This document shows, in pieces, positions 53,750 to 62,736 of a DNA stretch of 64,000 nt; the stretch's first letter is position 1, and each line of letters starts with the position of its first letter. The DNA is from an uncultured Actinomycetota bacterium. Its GTDB lineage: Bacteria > Actinomycetota > Actinomycetes > JAHEKZ01. The stretch is taken from assembly GCA_963718235.1 (NCBI GenBank), contig CAVQYR010000001.1:1888001-1952000 (forward strand), written 5' to 3'. The notes beneath the pieces are model-generated. The model searched no databases. It was not told the origin of the DNA and saw only the letters and a program-made list of their open reading frames with translations. Position numbers and translations under genes: made by a program.

Positions 53750-55812
53750 TCAGCCCCGTCCGGTGAGTCGGTTGAAGTCCTCGATGTGGTGGCACTTCTC
53801 CATGCCCACCTCGTGGGTGATCCGACCCTTGTTCACCAGGTCGGCGAGGTGCTGGTCCATCGTCTGCATGCCGAACTTGGAGCCGGCCTGCATCGCGCTG
53901 TAGATCTGGTGCGTCTTGCCCTCGCGGATGAGGTTGCGCACCGCAGGAGTGGCGACCATGACCTCTACGGCCACCTGTCGTCCCCGCCCGTCCGCCGTGC
54001 GGCACAGGGTCTGGCAGACCACGCCCTGAAGGGCGCCCGCCAGCTGGGTCCGCACCTGCTGCTGCTGGTGGGGCGGGAAGGCGTCGATCATGCGGTCGAT
54101 CGTCTGGGCGGCGTCCTGGGTGTGCAGGGTGGCGAAGACGAGGTGGCCGGTCTCGGCCGCGGTGAGCGCGATCGAGATCGTCTCCAGGTCACGCATCTCA
54201 CCGACCAGGATGATGTCGGGGTCCTGCCGCAGCACGTGCTTCAGGGCGTTGGCGAACGAACGGGTGTCCTCGCCCACCTCGCGCTGGTTCACGATGCACG
54301 ACTGGTGACGGTGGAGGAACTCGATCGGGTCCTCACACGTCATGATGTGGTCTTTGCGGGTCCGGTTGGCGAGGTCGACGATCGATGCGAGCGTGGTCGA
54401 CTTGCCCGAACCGGTCGGCCCCGTGACGAGCACCATGCCACGGGGGATGTTCGCGAAGTTGGCCACCTGGGGCGGGACGCCGAGCTCCTCCAGCCGCTTG
54501 ATCTCGAACGGGATGAGCCGGAACGCCGCTCCCAGCGAGTCGCGCTGACGGTAGAGGTTGACCCGGAACCGGGCTCGGCCAGGGACCGAGTACGCGAAGT
54601 CCAGCTCGAGCTCCTCCTCGAACTTCTCGCGCTGCTTCTGGGTGATCGCGGCGTACATGATCCGCTGGATCACCGGCGGCGTGAGGACCGGGTAGTCCTC
54701 CATCTGGGCGAGGTGTCCGTTCAGGCGCACCGCTGGGCGGGCTCCGGTCGTGAGGTGGAGGTCGGAGGCGCCGGTCTCCAGCACGTGGATCAGCAGGTCG
54801 GACAGCGAGATCTCCTCGTCGCCCACGGTCTGCTCGGTGCTGCTGCGCTGGTACGCCGACCCGTCCGCCTCGGCGTCCATCAGACCGACCGTCGGCTCGC
54901 CGTAGGGGTCCTCGTAGGTCCCGTCGCCGTCGTGGGCGTCCACCGATGCCAAGGAGCCGGCGAAGTCCTCCGGGCTCGCGCCCGGGTGGACGTGGTCCGC
55001 CACCGGCTCCGGGGCCGCGGGCAGGACCTCGACTGGTTCCGGGGCCACCACCTCGAGGTCAGCGGACTCCTCGGGGGCGGGCTCGGCACTGGACTCCCCC
55101 GCCTGCTCGTAGAAGGCCTGGTAGTCCGTTCGCGAAGGCACCTCGGGGACCAGCTCCACCTGAGCGGCCTCCTCGGCGGCGATCGCCAGCGACATCGGCA
55201 GCGAGCCGCCCAGGGGGGACTCGGGGGCCGACGGCTGGGTCACCGGCTCGACGAGCAACGTCGGGGCAGGCTCGGACTCGCTAACGTCGGCCTGGACCTC
55301 GGGCTGGGCCTGCACCTGCGGCTGCGGCTCGGGCTGGGCCTGGGCCTGGGGCTCGGGCTGGGGCTCGGGCTGGGCCTGGGCCTGGGCTCGGGCTGGGGCT
55401 CGGGCTGGGCCTGGGCCTGGGGCTCGGGCTGCGGCTCGGGCTGGGCCTGGGCCTGGGGCTCGGGCTGCGGCTCGGGCTGGGCCTGGGCCTGGGGCTCGGG
55501 CTGGGGCTCGGGCTGGGCCTGGGCCTGGGGCTCGGGCTGGGCCTGGGCCTGGGGCTCGGGCTGGGCCTGGGGCTCGGGCTGGGCCTGGGGCTCGGGCTGG
55601 GCCTGGGGCTCGGCGTCGACGAAGGCCGACGACGGCTCCGGGGTCGGTGCCGGCTCCGGTGCCGGCTCCGGTGCCGGTTCCGGTGCGTGCGCGGTCGGCG
55701 GCTCGGCCGGCGTCACCGGCGGTGCCTGGGTGAAGAATTCATAGATCGGCGTCGACGTGCGCTCGTCCTCTGACGGCGTGGTTGACGGTCCGCTGTAGCC
55801 CGAGGTCTCCAC
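53750..55812 (-). CDS. pilT: Retraction ATPase PilT with a long Pro/Glu/Gln-rich N-terminal extension (one base missing near 55385)
   Basis: ASDLHL, GPTGSGKST, EDPIE, GEMRD, TLHT, AVRNLIRE motif; GTG 55812 with GAAGGAGG RBS. Confidence 0.92.
55303..55612 (-). repeat. Hexanucleotide-based tandem repeat encoding (QA/QP/EP)n
   Basis: About 50 units of CAGGCC/CAGCCC/GAGCCC on the coding strand. Confidence 0.95.
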
Positions 55813-55879
55813 GAGACGGGCCTCCTTCGACGCGCGCGGTTGGGTGCGGGCGGTTGCTCGCACGTCCTTCTGGCAGGGC

Positions 55880-55906
55880 ATCGGCGTACCGGCGTCACCC
55901 CTTGAG
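55880..55906 (-). promoter_or_regulatory. Sigma28/FliA-WhiG-type promoter of pilT-pilC
   Basis: CTCA-N17-GCCGAT. Confidence 0.8.
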
Positions 55907-55947
55907 CCCCCGCCGTACGGACTAGCCCGGCCGTGGTCGGGCCGTCG

Positions 55948-57630
55948 TCACACGACGACGCGCAGGATCTCCTCCATCGAGGTGATCCCCCGGGCGACCT
56001 TGTCCATGCCGTCCAGGCGAAGCGTGATCATTCCCTCGTTGCGCGCGGTCTCGCCGATGACCGTGGCCGAGGAGTGCTCGACCGCATGGCGTTCCACGGC
56101 CTCGGAGACGGCCATCACCTCATGCAGGGCCAGACGGCCCTTGTATCCCGTCTTGGAGCACGAGCTGCAGCCCTTCGGCCGGTGCAGGGTCGGGATCGGC
56201 TCACCGTCCTGCCACGGGTACCTCCCGGCGACGAGCTCCGCGGGGGAGGGCTGGTAGGGCTCCTTGCACTTGCTGCACAGTCTGCGGGCCAGACGCTGGG
56301 CCAGCACGCAGTCCAGCGCCGACCCGACGAGGAACGGCTCGAGCCCCATCTCGGTGAGCCGGGTCACCGCCGAAGGAGCGTCGTTGGTGTGCAGGGTGGA
56401 CAGCACGAGGTGGCCGGTGAGCGCCGCCTCGACAGCGATCTGGGCCGTCTCGTGGTCGCGGATCTCACCGATCAGCACGATGTCGGGGTCACAGCGCAGG
56501 ATCGAGCGCAGGGCCGCGGCGAAGGAGAGACCAGCCTTCGCGTTGGTCTGTACCTGGTTGATCCCGGGGATCCGGTACTCGACCGGGTCCTCCACCGTGA
56601 TCACGTTGACCTCAGGACGCGCGATCTGGTTGAGCGTGGCGTAGAGGGTCGTCGACTTCCCGGAACCGGTCGGTCCGGTCACCAGGATCATCCCGTAGGG
56701 CTTGCTGAAGCTCTGGTGGAAGACGTCGAAGTTGTGCTGGGAGAACCCCAGGTCGGCCAGGTCCAGCCGGGTGTTGGAGTTGTCCAACACACGCATGACC
56801 ACCTTCTCGCCCCACACGGTGGGCAGCGTGGCCACGCGGAGGTCGATCTTGCGGCCCTGGTGGGTCACTGAGAGGCGACCGTCCTGCGGAACACGTCGCT
56901 CGGCGATGTTGATGTCGGCCATGATCTTCAGCCGGCTCGTGACACCGGACTGGATCGTCTTGGGAGACTTCATGACCTCGTGCAGCACCCCGTCGATGCG
57001 GTAGCGCACGATCAGGTGGTGCTCCGTGGGCTCGATGTGGATGTCGGAGGCTCGGTCCTGGATCCCCTGGGTGATGAGCAGGTTGACGTACTTGACGATC
57101 GGGGCGTCCTCGACGACCTCCTTGATCTTGGAGAGGTCGTCCTCCTCGTTGTTGTCCTCGAGCACCGCCTGAAGGTCGTCCAGGGCGTCGTCGGCCCGGA
57201 AGTACCGGTCGATGGCGGCCGCGACGTCGGCCCGCGTCGCCACGACCGGCTTGATGTCGACGAAGATGTTCGCCGACGCCAGCGTCGCCTTGACGTCGTC
57301 GATGGCGAAGACGTTCGCCGGGTCGGCCATCGCCAGCAGCAGCTTGCCGTCGTCGTCGATCCGGATCGGCATGGCGCTGTGCTTGCGGCACATGTTGCCA
57401 GGAACGCGGGCGACGATGCTCGCGTCCACCGGGTAGTCCCCCAGGTCCACGAACTCCAGGCCGATCTGCTGGGCCAGGGCCGCGACCAGCTGGGACTCGG
57501 TCAGCACCCCTTGGTCGACCAGGACCCGGCCGAGTGCCCGCCCCGCCTTCTGGTGCTCGCTGTGGGCGGTGATCAGCTGGTCCTCAGAGACCAGCCCACG
57601 CTCCAGCAGGATGTCCCCCAGCTGCTTCAC
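55948..57630 (-). CDS. pilB: Type IV pilus extension ATPase PilB with an N-terminal MshEN-like domain
   Basis: ASDIHIEP, PQDGR, GPTGSGKST, EDPVEY, tetra-Cys motif, GYKGR; N-terminal QLG.ILL..GLV / ALG.VLV..GVL repeats. Confidence 0.97.
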   Translation of the reverse strand: MKQLGDILLERGLVSEDQLITAHSEHQKAGRALGRVLVDQGVLTESQLVAALAQQIGLEFVDLGDYPVDASIVARVPGNMCRKHSAMPIRIDDDGKLLLAMADPANVFAIDDVKATLASANIFVDIKPVVATRADVAAAIDRYFRADDALDDLQAVLEDNNEEDDLSKIKEVVEDAPIVKYVNLLITQGIQDRASDIHIEPTEHHLIVRYRIDGVLHEVMKSPKTIQSGVTSRLKIMADINIAERRVPQDGRLSVTHQGRKIDLRVATLPTVWGEKVVMRVLDNSNTRLDLADLGFSQHNFDVFHQSFSKPYGMILVTGPTGSGKSTTLYATLNQIARPEVNVITVEDPVEYRIPGINQVQTNAKAGLSFAAALRSILRCDPDIVLIGEIRDHETAQIAVEAALTGHLVLSTLHTNDAPSAVTRLTEMGLEPFLVGSALDCVLAQRLARRLCSKCKEPYQPSPAELVAGRYPWQDGEPIPTLHRPKGCSSCSKTGYKGRLALHEVMAVSEAVERHAVEHSSATVIGETARNEGMITLRLDGMDKVARGITSMEEILRVVV

Positions 57631-59456
57631 TGCGCTTCCTCTCCAGGAACGTCGTCGCCTGACCCCTCCGGGGTCTCATCGGTCGTCTCCCCCTTCTGCT
57701 GGAGCCAGGTGAGCAGTGCGCTCGTCCCCGGGACGGCCTCTTGGGTCGCCGAGCGGACGAGTGCCACGGCGGCCGGGCGCTGGCCCGCAGCCACCAGGAC
57801 GTCGGCCCGCCCCTCGACGGTCGACGGTCGCGGCTGGTCCGGGAAGGCCGCCTCCGACACCTGCAGCCCTTCGGGGACCCGTCCCAGACGGACCAGGGCG
57901 AGGGCACGCGCCTGGGCCAGCACCGGGTCGTCGGCAGCGGCCCGTGCGGTCCGGTCGAACGCCTCTTCGAGCCGGGCCCGGTCCGCGGCGTCGGCCGGGA
58001 CCAACCTGCGCATCGTGGCCAGGTCGACCCGGTCCGTCGGCAGCCCTGCGGCCCATCCCTGGACCAGTCCCGTCGTGCCCAGCAGCCTGCCGACCGGGCC
58101 CAGCATCGACAGCGGCGCCTGCTGGGCTGCGCCGAGCACACTGCTGCCGAGCGCCAGGACGACGGCGACCCCGGTGAGCACGGCCACGGCCCGCGCTGGG
58201 CCGGCGGACGATTCGGGCGTCGGCGACCGCTCGGGGGCCACGAGCACGGCCCCGACGATGGCGAAGGCCGCCAGCAGGGCGGGGTAGTCCCAGTCGAAGT
58301 CGAACAGCGCATGGGCACCCAGGGTGAGGACCGCGGCGGCAGCGGCTGTCCTGGTCACGTCGAGCCGAGCCCGGGTCAGGACGAGCCGAGCCGCGGCCCA
58401 CAGGAGCCAGCCGGTGACCAGCACCACCGGGACGGCGAGCAGCAGTCCGCCGTCGGTCAGCGCCTGCAGCCACCCGTTGTGCACCAGTGCGCTCGCGGAT
58501 GACTCAGCGGGCATCAGGTGCTGACCAGCCGACTCGAACGACCCGAAACCGGCCCCCTGGACCGGGTGCCGCAGCCACAGCTGCCAAGCCGCCGTGAAGT
58601 AGTCGATCCGGATCCCGAGGCTGGACCCGGCGGACTCGACCCGGGAGCCGAGCGCTCCCGAGCCGCTGCCCGAGCCCACCGACAGCGTCAGCACCCGTGC
58701 GACCAGCGGGACGGCGGCGGCCACCGCTGCCAGCCGAACGGCCGCACCCCAGTTGCGCACCGTCGCCGCGGCGACGACCACGGCGATCGCGACCAGCAGC
58801 AAGGTGGCCGCCCGGCTCCCGGACAGCACGATCGCCGCACCGAGGACGGGCGCGAGAACGACACCGAGCGCCCGGGGGCGGCCGGACGCCGACCCGGCGA
58901 GGACCAGCGCGATCGAGGCGGGGGCGAGCATGAAGCCGGCGAAGGAGTTGTGCCAGAAGTACGTGCCGACCCACGGTGCCGTGGCGGTCCCGCCGCCGAA
59001 CCAGGCCCACCAGGCCTGGAACGCCTGGTCCAACCCGACCGCCACGACGACCAGGAGGACCGCCATCCGCCTCTGGGCGGTCGATCCGGCCGCGGCCACG
59101 GCCAGGCCCAGCAGCCCCGCGTACAGCCACGACGCAGCGTCATCCAGGCCCTGCCACCCCGTCGCGCTGATCGCGTTCGAGGCGAGCGCGCACAGGCCCG
59201 GACCGAGAGCGGCAACGAGCGACCACGTCGGGAGCACACGCCAGGGACGGGAGACGACCAGCAAGGGCACCAGGCAGGCCAGGGCCGAGGCGAGAGACAG
59301 CCCGGCCCGTCCCCCTGAGGCGTGACTGAGCCACAGCCCCCATCCCGCGGCCGCCAGCAGCCCGGCTGCTGCCAGGGCCCAGGGGACGTCCGCGGACGGC
59401 GACGCGGTCGCCTCGGCGGGGTCGGTCCTTGCGGGACCGGTCAGGCGCACCGTCAC
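57627..59456 (-). CDS. O-antigen ligase (Wzy_C) family membrane protein; candidate pilin oligosaccharyltransferase
   Basis: Many TM helices, SGSRAA, R..Y..AW..W..HPVQGAGFGSF, HNGWLQ, H.LFDFDW; C-terminal helical/TPR-like tail. Confidence 0.8.
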   Translation of the reverse strand: MTVRLTGPARTDPAEATASPSADVPWALAAAGLLAAAGWGLWLSHASGGRAGLSLASALACLVPLLVVSRPWRVLPTWSLVAALGPGLCALASNAISATGWQGLDDAASWLYAGLLGLAVAAAGSTAQRRMAVLLVVVAVGLDQAFQAWWAWFGGGTATAPWVGTYFWHNSFAGFMLAPASIALVLAGSASGRPRALGVVLAPVLGAAIVLSGSRAATLLLVAIAVVVAAATVRNWGAAVRLAAVAAAVPLVARVLTLSVGSGSGSGALGSRVESAGSSLGIRIDYFTAAWQLWLRHPVQGAGFGSFESAGQHLMPAESSASALVHNGWLQALTDGGLLLAVPVVLVTGWLLWAAARLVLTRARLDVTRTAAAAAVLTLGAHALFDFDWDYPALLAAFAIVGAVLVAPERSPTPESSAGPARAVAVLTGVAVVLALGSSVLGAAQQAPLSMLGPVGRLLGTTGLVQGWAAGLPTDRVDLATMRRLVPADAADRARLEEAFDRTARAAADDPVLAQARALALVRLGRVPEGLQVSEAAFPDQPRPSTVEGRADVLVAAGQRPAAVALVRSATQEAVPGTSALLTWLQQKGETTDETPEGSGDDVPGEEAQ

Positions 59457-59824
59457 CTCGGGGTGATCGGCCGAACGAGTGACGGCCTTGACCTGTTCGC
59501 CGGGTCGGACCCGCCGGCAGGACCGCGAGTCGACCCACGGTCGGTCGGCTGAGGCGGCCGATCGCCGATGAGCGCCGCAGCGACGAGCCGGAAGGCGTGC
59601 GAGCGGGGGTCGTCGCGCAGCAGCTGCACCTGGGTACCGTCACTGAAGCCCAGCGCCACGTCGGCGTCGGGAACCGGGTCCGTGCCTCCTCGAGGCCATC
59701 GGTCGGGGACGGGTCCCACCTCGGAGCTCGCGGGGGCGACCGGGGAGTCGACTGGCCGCACACCCGTGCCGATGCGGTTTCCCGACGCGTGACGGCCACG
59801 AGGCTGTCGCCGGAACCAGCTCAT
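59453..59824 (-). CDS. Small hypothetical protein in the pil operon
   Basis: Fills the gap between the GTPase and ligase genes, stop overlaps the next start; compact motif VALGFSDGTQVQL..DDPR..AF. Confidence 0.6.
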   Translation of the reverse strand: MSWFRRQPRGRHASGNRIGTGVRPVDSPVAPASSEVGPVPDRWPRGGTDPVPDADVALGFSDGTQVQLLRDDPRSHAFRLVAAALIGDRPPQPTDRGSTRGPAGGSDPANRSRPSLVRPITPR

Positions 59825-59842
59825 GGTCTCGCCCGGGACGGG

Positions 59843-60430
59843 CTACACCCCTGCCGGCTGGGCTTCGACGTCGTCCAGCACGGCGTACAGCAGGGCGAGC
59901 AGCACCGACTTGACCGAGTCCTTGTCGGTCGCGTCGCAGGGTACGAGCGGCACGGAGGCGTCGACCCCGACCGCCTGGCGCAGGCGCGCCGACTCGACGT
60001 CGTCCAGCTGCTCCAGCCGGTTGACCGCGACGACGAACGGCACCCGGGCCATCCGCTGGAACGCCTCGCGAATCCCCGACGCCTCGGCAAGGGAGTCGGC
60101 CCGGGTCGGGTCGACGAGCAGGATGTACCCGAGCATCCCCTCGCCGAGGATCTCCCACATGAAGTCGAACCGTTCCTGCCCGGGCGTCCCGAACAGGTAG
60201 AGCACGAGGTCGCGGTCGATCGTGATCCGCCCGAAGTCCATCGCCACCGTCGTCTCGTTCTTGCGGGACTTGGTGTGGTCGGTGATGCCGCGCTCGGTGG
60301 ACAGCACGGTGATCTCCGACACGGTCCGGATGAGCGTCGTCTTGCCCGCGGCGAACGGACCCGTGATGACGATCTTCACCGCCTGGCCGCCGTGGCGACG
60401 CCGCTTGTTGGCGGATTTCGTGGTCATCAC
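59843..60430 (-). CDS. Small Ras-like GTPase (MglA/CvnD family)
   Basis: G1 GPFAAGKTT, TTVAMDFG, LFGTPGQERF, VAVNR, CDA. Confidence 0.92.
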   Translation of the reverse strand: MMTTKSANKRRRHGGQAVKIVITGPFAAGKTTLIRTVSEITVLSTERGITDHTKSRKNETTVAMDFGRITIDRDLVLYLFGTPGQERFDFMWEILGEGMLGYILLVDPTRADSLAEASGIREAFQRMARVPFVVAVNRLEQLDDVESARLRQAVGVDASVPLVPCDATDKDSVKSVLLALLYAVLDDVEAQPAGV

Positions 60431-61870
60431 AGCCCCCGGACGCCGGCGATGAGCCTCAGCAGGAGGCTGCGGTTGACCGAAGGGTCACGCTCGATCGCGC
60501 TGTGCCCGATCGGTTGGGCAGCAGCGGCGGCCCCACCCATCGAGCCGCCCATGGAGACCGGTGCGCTCATCGGACGGGTGCATCGGGTGGGCCATCGGCT
60601 GGGCCATCGGCTGGGCCATCGGCTGGGCCACGGGACCACTCGGGGGTGCCGCAGCGTGGTGCGCCACGACGTGCTGGGCGGCCGGCTGCTCGACCGCACC
60701 GGGCTGGATGACGGGGGGGCCGGGCACGTTCCTGGGCTGCACCGGTGCGACCGGTGTCCCCGGGGCCGGGAAGCCGGCCCGGGAGGGTGTGGACTCCGGC
60801 TCGGGGTGATCGACGGACCGCTTGGGCAGGAACGGCTCGGGGCGCGGCGGAACCACGTCCTCCGGCTGGTGTGCGCCGCCGAGCCGAGCGGCCGGGGCTT
60901 GCGGGTGCCCCGGGGGCAGGGCCGGCGACGAGGTCGGCTGACCGGGTGGGTACTGCTGGGCCGGCGCCTGGACCGACAGCTGGGCCGACTGCTGGACTGA
61001 CTGCTGGGGGTACGACGAGGGGTCCGCCACCAGCGGGGCCACGATCGACGTGCCGTTCGGCACCGCTTCCGGTGCAGCGTCCGGTCCGGCGTCCGGTGCC
61101 TGCTGGTACCTGCCCTCCAGTACGCCGAGCAGGGCCTGGCGACGCAGGACGACGGTCACATGGTCCGCCGCGTCCTCGTCACGCAGCAGGAGCAGTCCCC
61201 GCTGCACCAGGGAAGCGAGGGCAGCCACGACCCCGTACTGCCCGGCACCACTCAGGGCGACCAGGTCGCCGACGCTTCGGGAGCCGTCGATCAACGACAG
61301 CAGGGCCCACTCGTCGCGGCTGACGCTCGGGTCGTCGTCCAGCACCACCGGCATGGTCAGGACGACGTCGGGCGAGGGGATGACCTTGGAGACCCCGTCC
61401 CAGGTGTCGCGACGGGCCGTCGCCTCGGTCACGACCTCCTCGGAGGACACCGAGATCCCGACCTCGTCGGGGTTGGCCTCGTCGACGGTGAACGAGAAGT
61501 CGCCGTTGGGCCAGCGCAACAGGTCGAAGACGGCGTCGATCGTGTGCTCGGTGGCCAGGGTGCGCAGGACGTCCGCGTCTGCGGAGCCGGACTCAAGAAC
61601 GGCCCGGGCCACCCCGATCGACTCCGCCGCACAGCGATCGACGGCGCGACGCAGCGCGGCGTCGTCGACCACGCCCAGGCCGACGAGGCGACGGGCCAGA
61701 CCCTGCCGGGCCTCGTCGCTCACCGCTCCGGTGATCTCGCCCTGGGCGAAGTAGACCGCGCCGGAGACCTGGCCGTTGGCCAGGTGCAGTCCCCCGGACT
61801 TCTTCGTCAGGCTCAACAGCTGGAAGACGTCCGGGAGGCTGAACGCGTCGAGTGAACCCTCGAGCTTCAC
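60427..61870 (-). CDS. DUF4388/PATAN-domain protein (one extra base near 60575)
   Basis: MKLEGSLDAFSLPDVFQLL..KSGGL..G.VYF..GEI, W..GDFSF, winged-helix-like W.LLSLIDGSRSV; C-terminal RDPSVNRSLLLRLIAGVRGL is coupled to the GTPase start. Confidence 0.85.
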
Positions 61871-61951
61871 GTCTCGTCCCGTCTCTGGGTCTGGTGGGTG
61901 GGTCTGGTGGGTGGGTCTAGGAGCCGGAGCCGTCGGGTCGAGACGCCGGCC

Positions 61952-62689
61952 TCACGACCACGACGCCGGCCCGGTTCGGGGACCTGAGCCGTTGCTGCGG
62001 GTGTCCGGCCCCTGCGGCGGCTCGGGCTGGTAGGTCACCGGCGCAGGGCGCGGGACCTGCTGGGCGACCGGCTCGGCGAGCGGCTGGGCAAGGGGCTGGA
62101 CCACGGGCTGGCGCAGTGGGTCCGGCTGCACCGGGTACTGCGGCTCCGAGCGCTGCGGCGGGTACGGCGCGTCCTCGACCCTCTGCTCGACCGGTCGTTG
62201 GGGAGCCGGGTAGCGGTCGTCGTGGTGCGACGGCGCGACCTGCGGGGGGAACGACGCCGGCTGCTCGGCCGGTCGGTCGTCGACCCGCAGGACGGCTGCG
62301 ACGGCCTGCGCCGCCCGCCTCACCTCGAACAGGAGCAGTCCGACCTTGGCGCCACGGGCACCGACGGCCACGAGCACCGCCTCGTCGTCCGCCGACACCA
62401 GGAAGACCGTGCCGGACTCGCCCTCGACGTAGACCTGGGACAGGTCCCCGCGGCCCAGTCCCTGCGCGGCGCGCTCACCCAGGGACAACAGGGCAGCGCT
62501 CATGGCGGCCACCCGGTCCTCGTCCATGCCCGGCGGCAACGCCGAGGCCATGGGCAGGCCGTCGAAGGAGACCACTGCTGCGGCCTCCATCTCGGGAGCC
62601 TGGCTGAGCAAGGTGGTCAGCACCGCGTCGAGCTGGCCGGATCGGCTGGCAGGACCCGTGCTGAGCAGGTCGGAGTAACGGTCGGTCAT
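61952..62689 (-). CDS. Roadblock/LC7 (MglB-like) protein with a Pro/Gln-rich tail
   Basis: AAAVVSFDGLPMAS, DRVAAMSAALLSLGER, VYVEGESG, KVGLL. Confidence 0.92.
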   Translation of the reverse strand: MTDRYSDLLSTGPASRSGQLDAVLTTLLSQAPEMEAAAVVSFDGLPMASALPPGMDEDRVAAMSAALLSLGERAAQGLGRGDLSQVYVEGESGTVFLVSADDEAVLVAVGARGAKVGLLLFEVRRAAQAVAAVLRVDDRPAEQPASFPPQVAPSHHDDRYPAPQRPVEQRVEDAPYPPQRSEPQYPVQPDPLRQPVVQPLAQPLAEPVAQQVPRPAPVTYQPEPPQGPDTRSNGSGPRTGPASWS

Positions 62690-62736
62690 GGCGGACCCTC
62701 TCGCGCTGGCTGCGAGCGGTCGACCACCGCTCACCG

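Noticed and set aside
55303-55612. Tandem repeat as a CRISPR array or as the (GSGW/AWAW)n plus-strand ORF 53738-55744
   Set aside because: No unique spacers or cas genes; it is a coding low-complexity tract of pilT on the minus strand, and the plus-strand ORF is its antisense shadow
60583-60630. 12-bp repeat encoding (QPMA)n in the DUF4388 gene
   Set aside because: Short in-frame low-complexity linker with no sign of an independent function
59843-62689. Classical conservon (cvnABCD)
   Set aside because: No CvnA histidine kinase or DUF742 CvnC; a DUF4388/PATAN gene and pil genes are present instead
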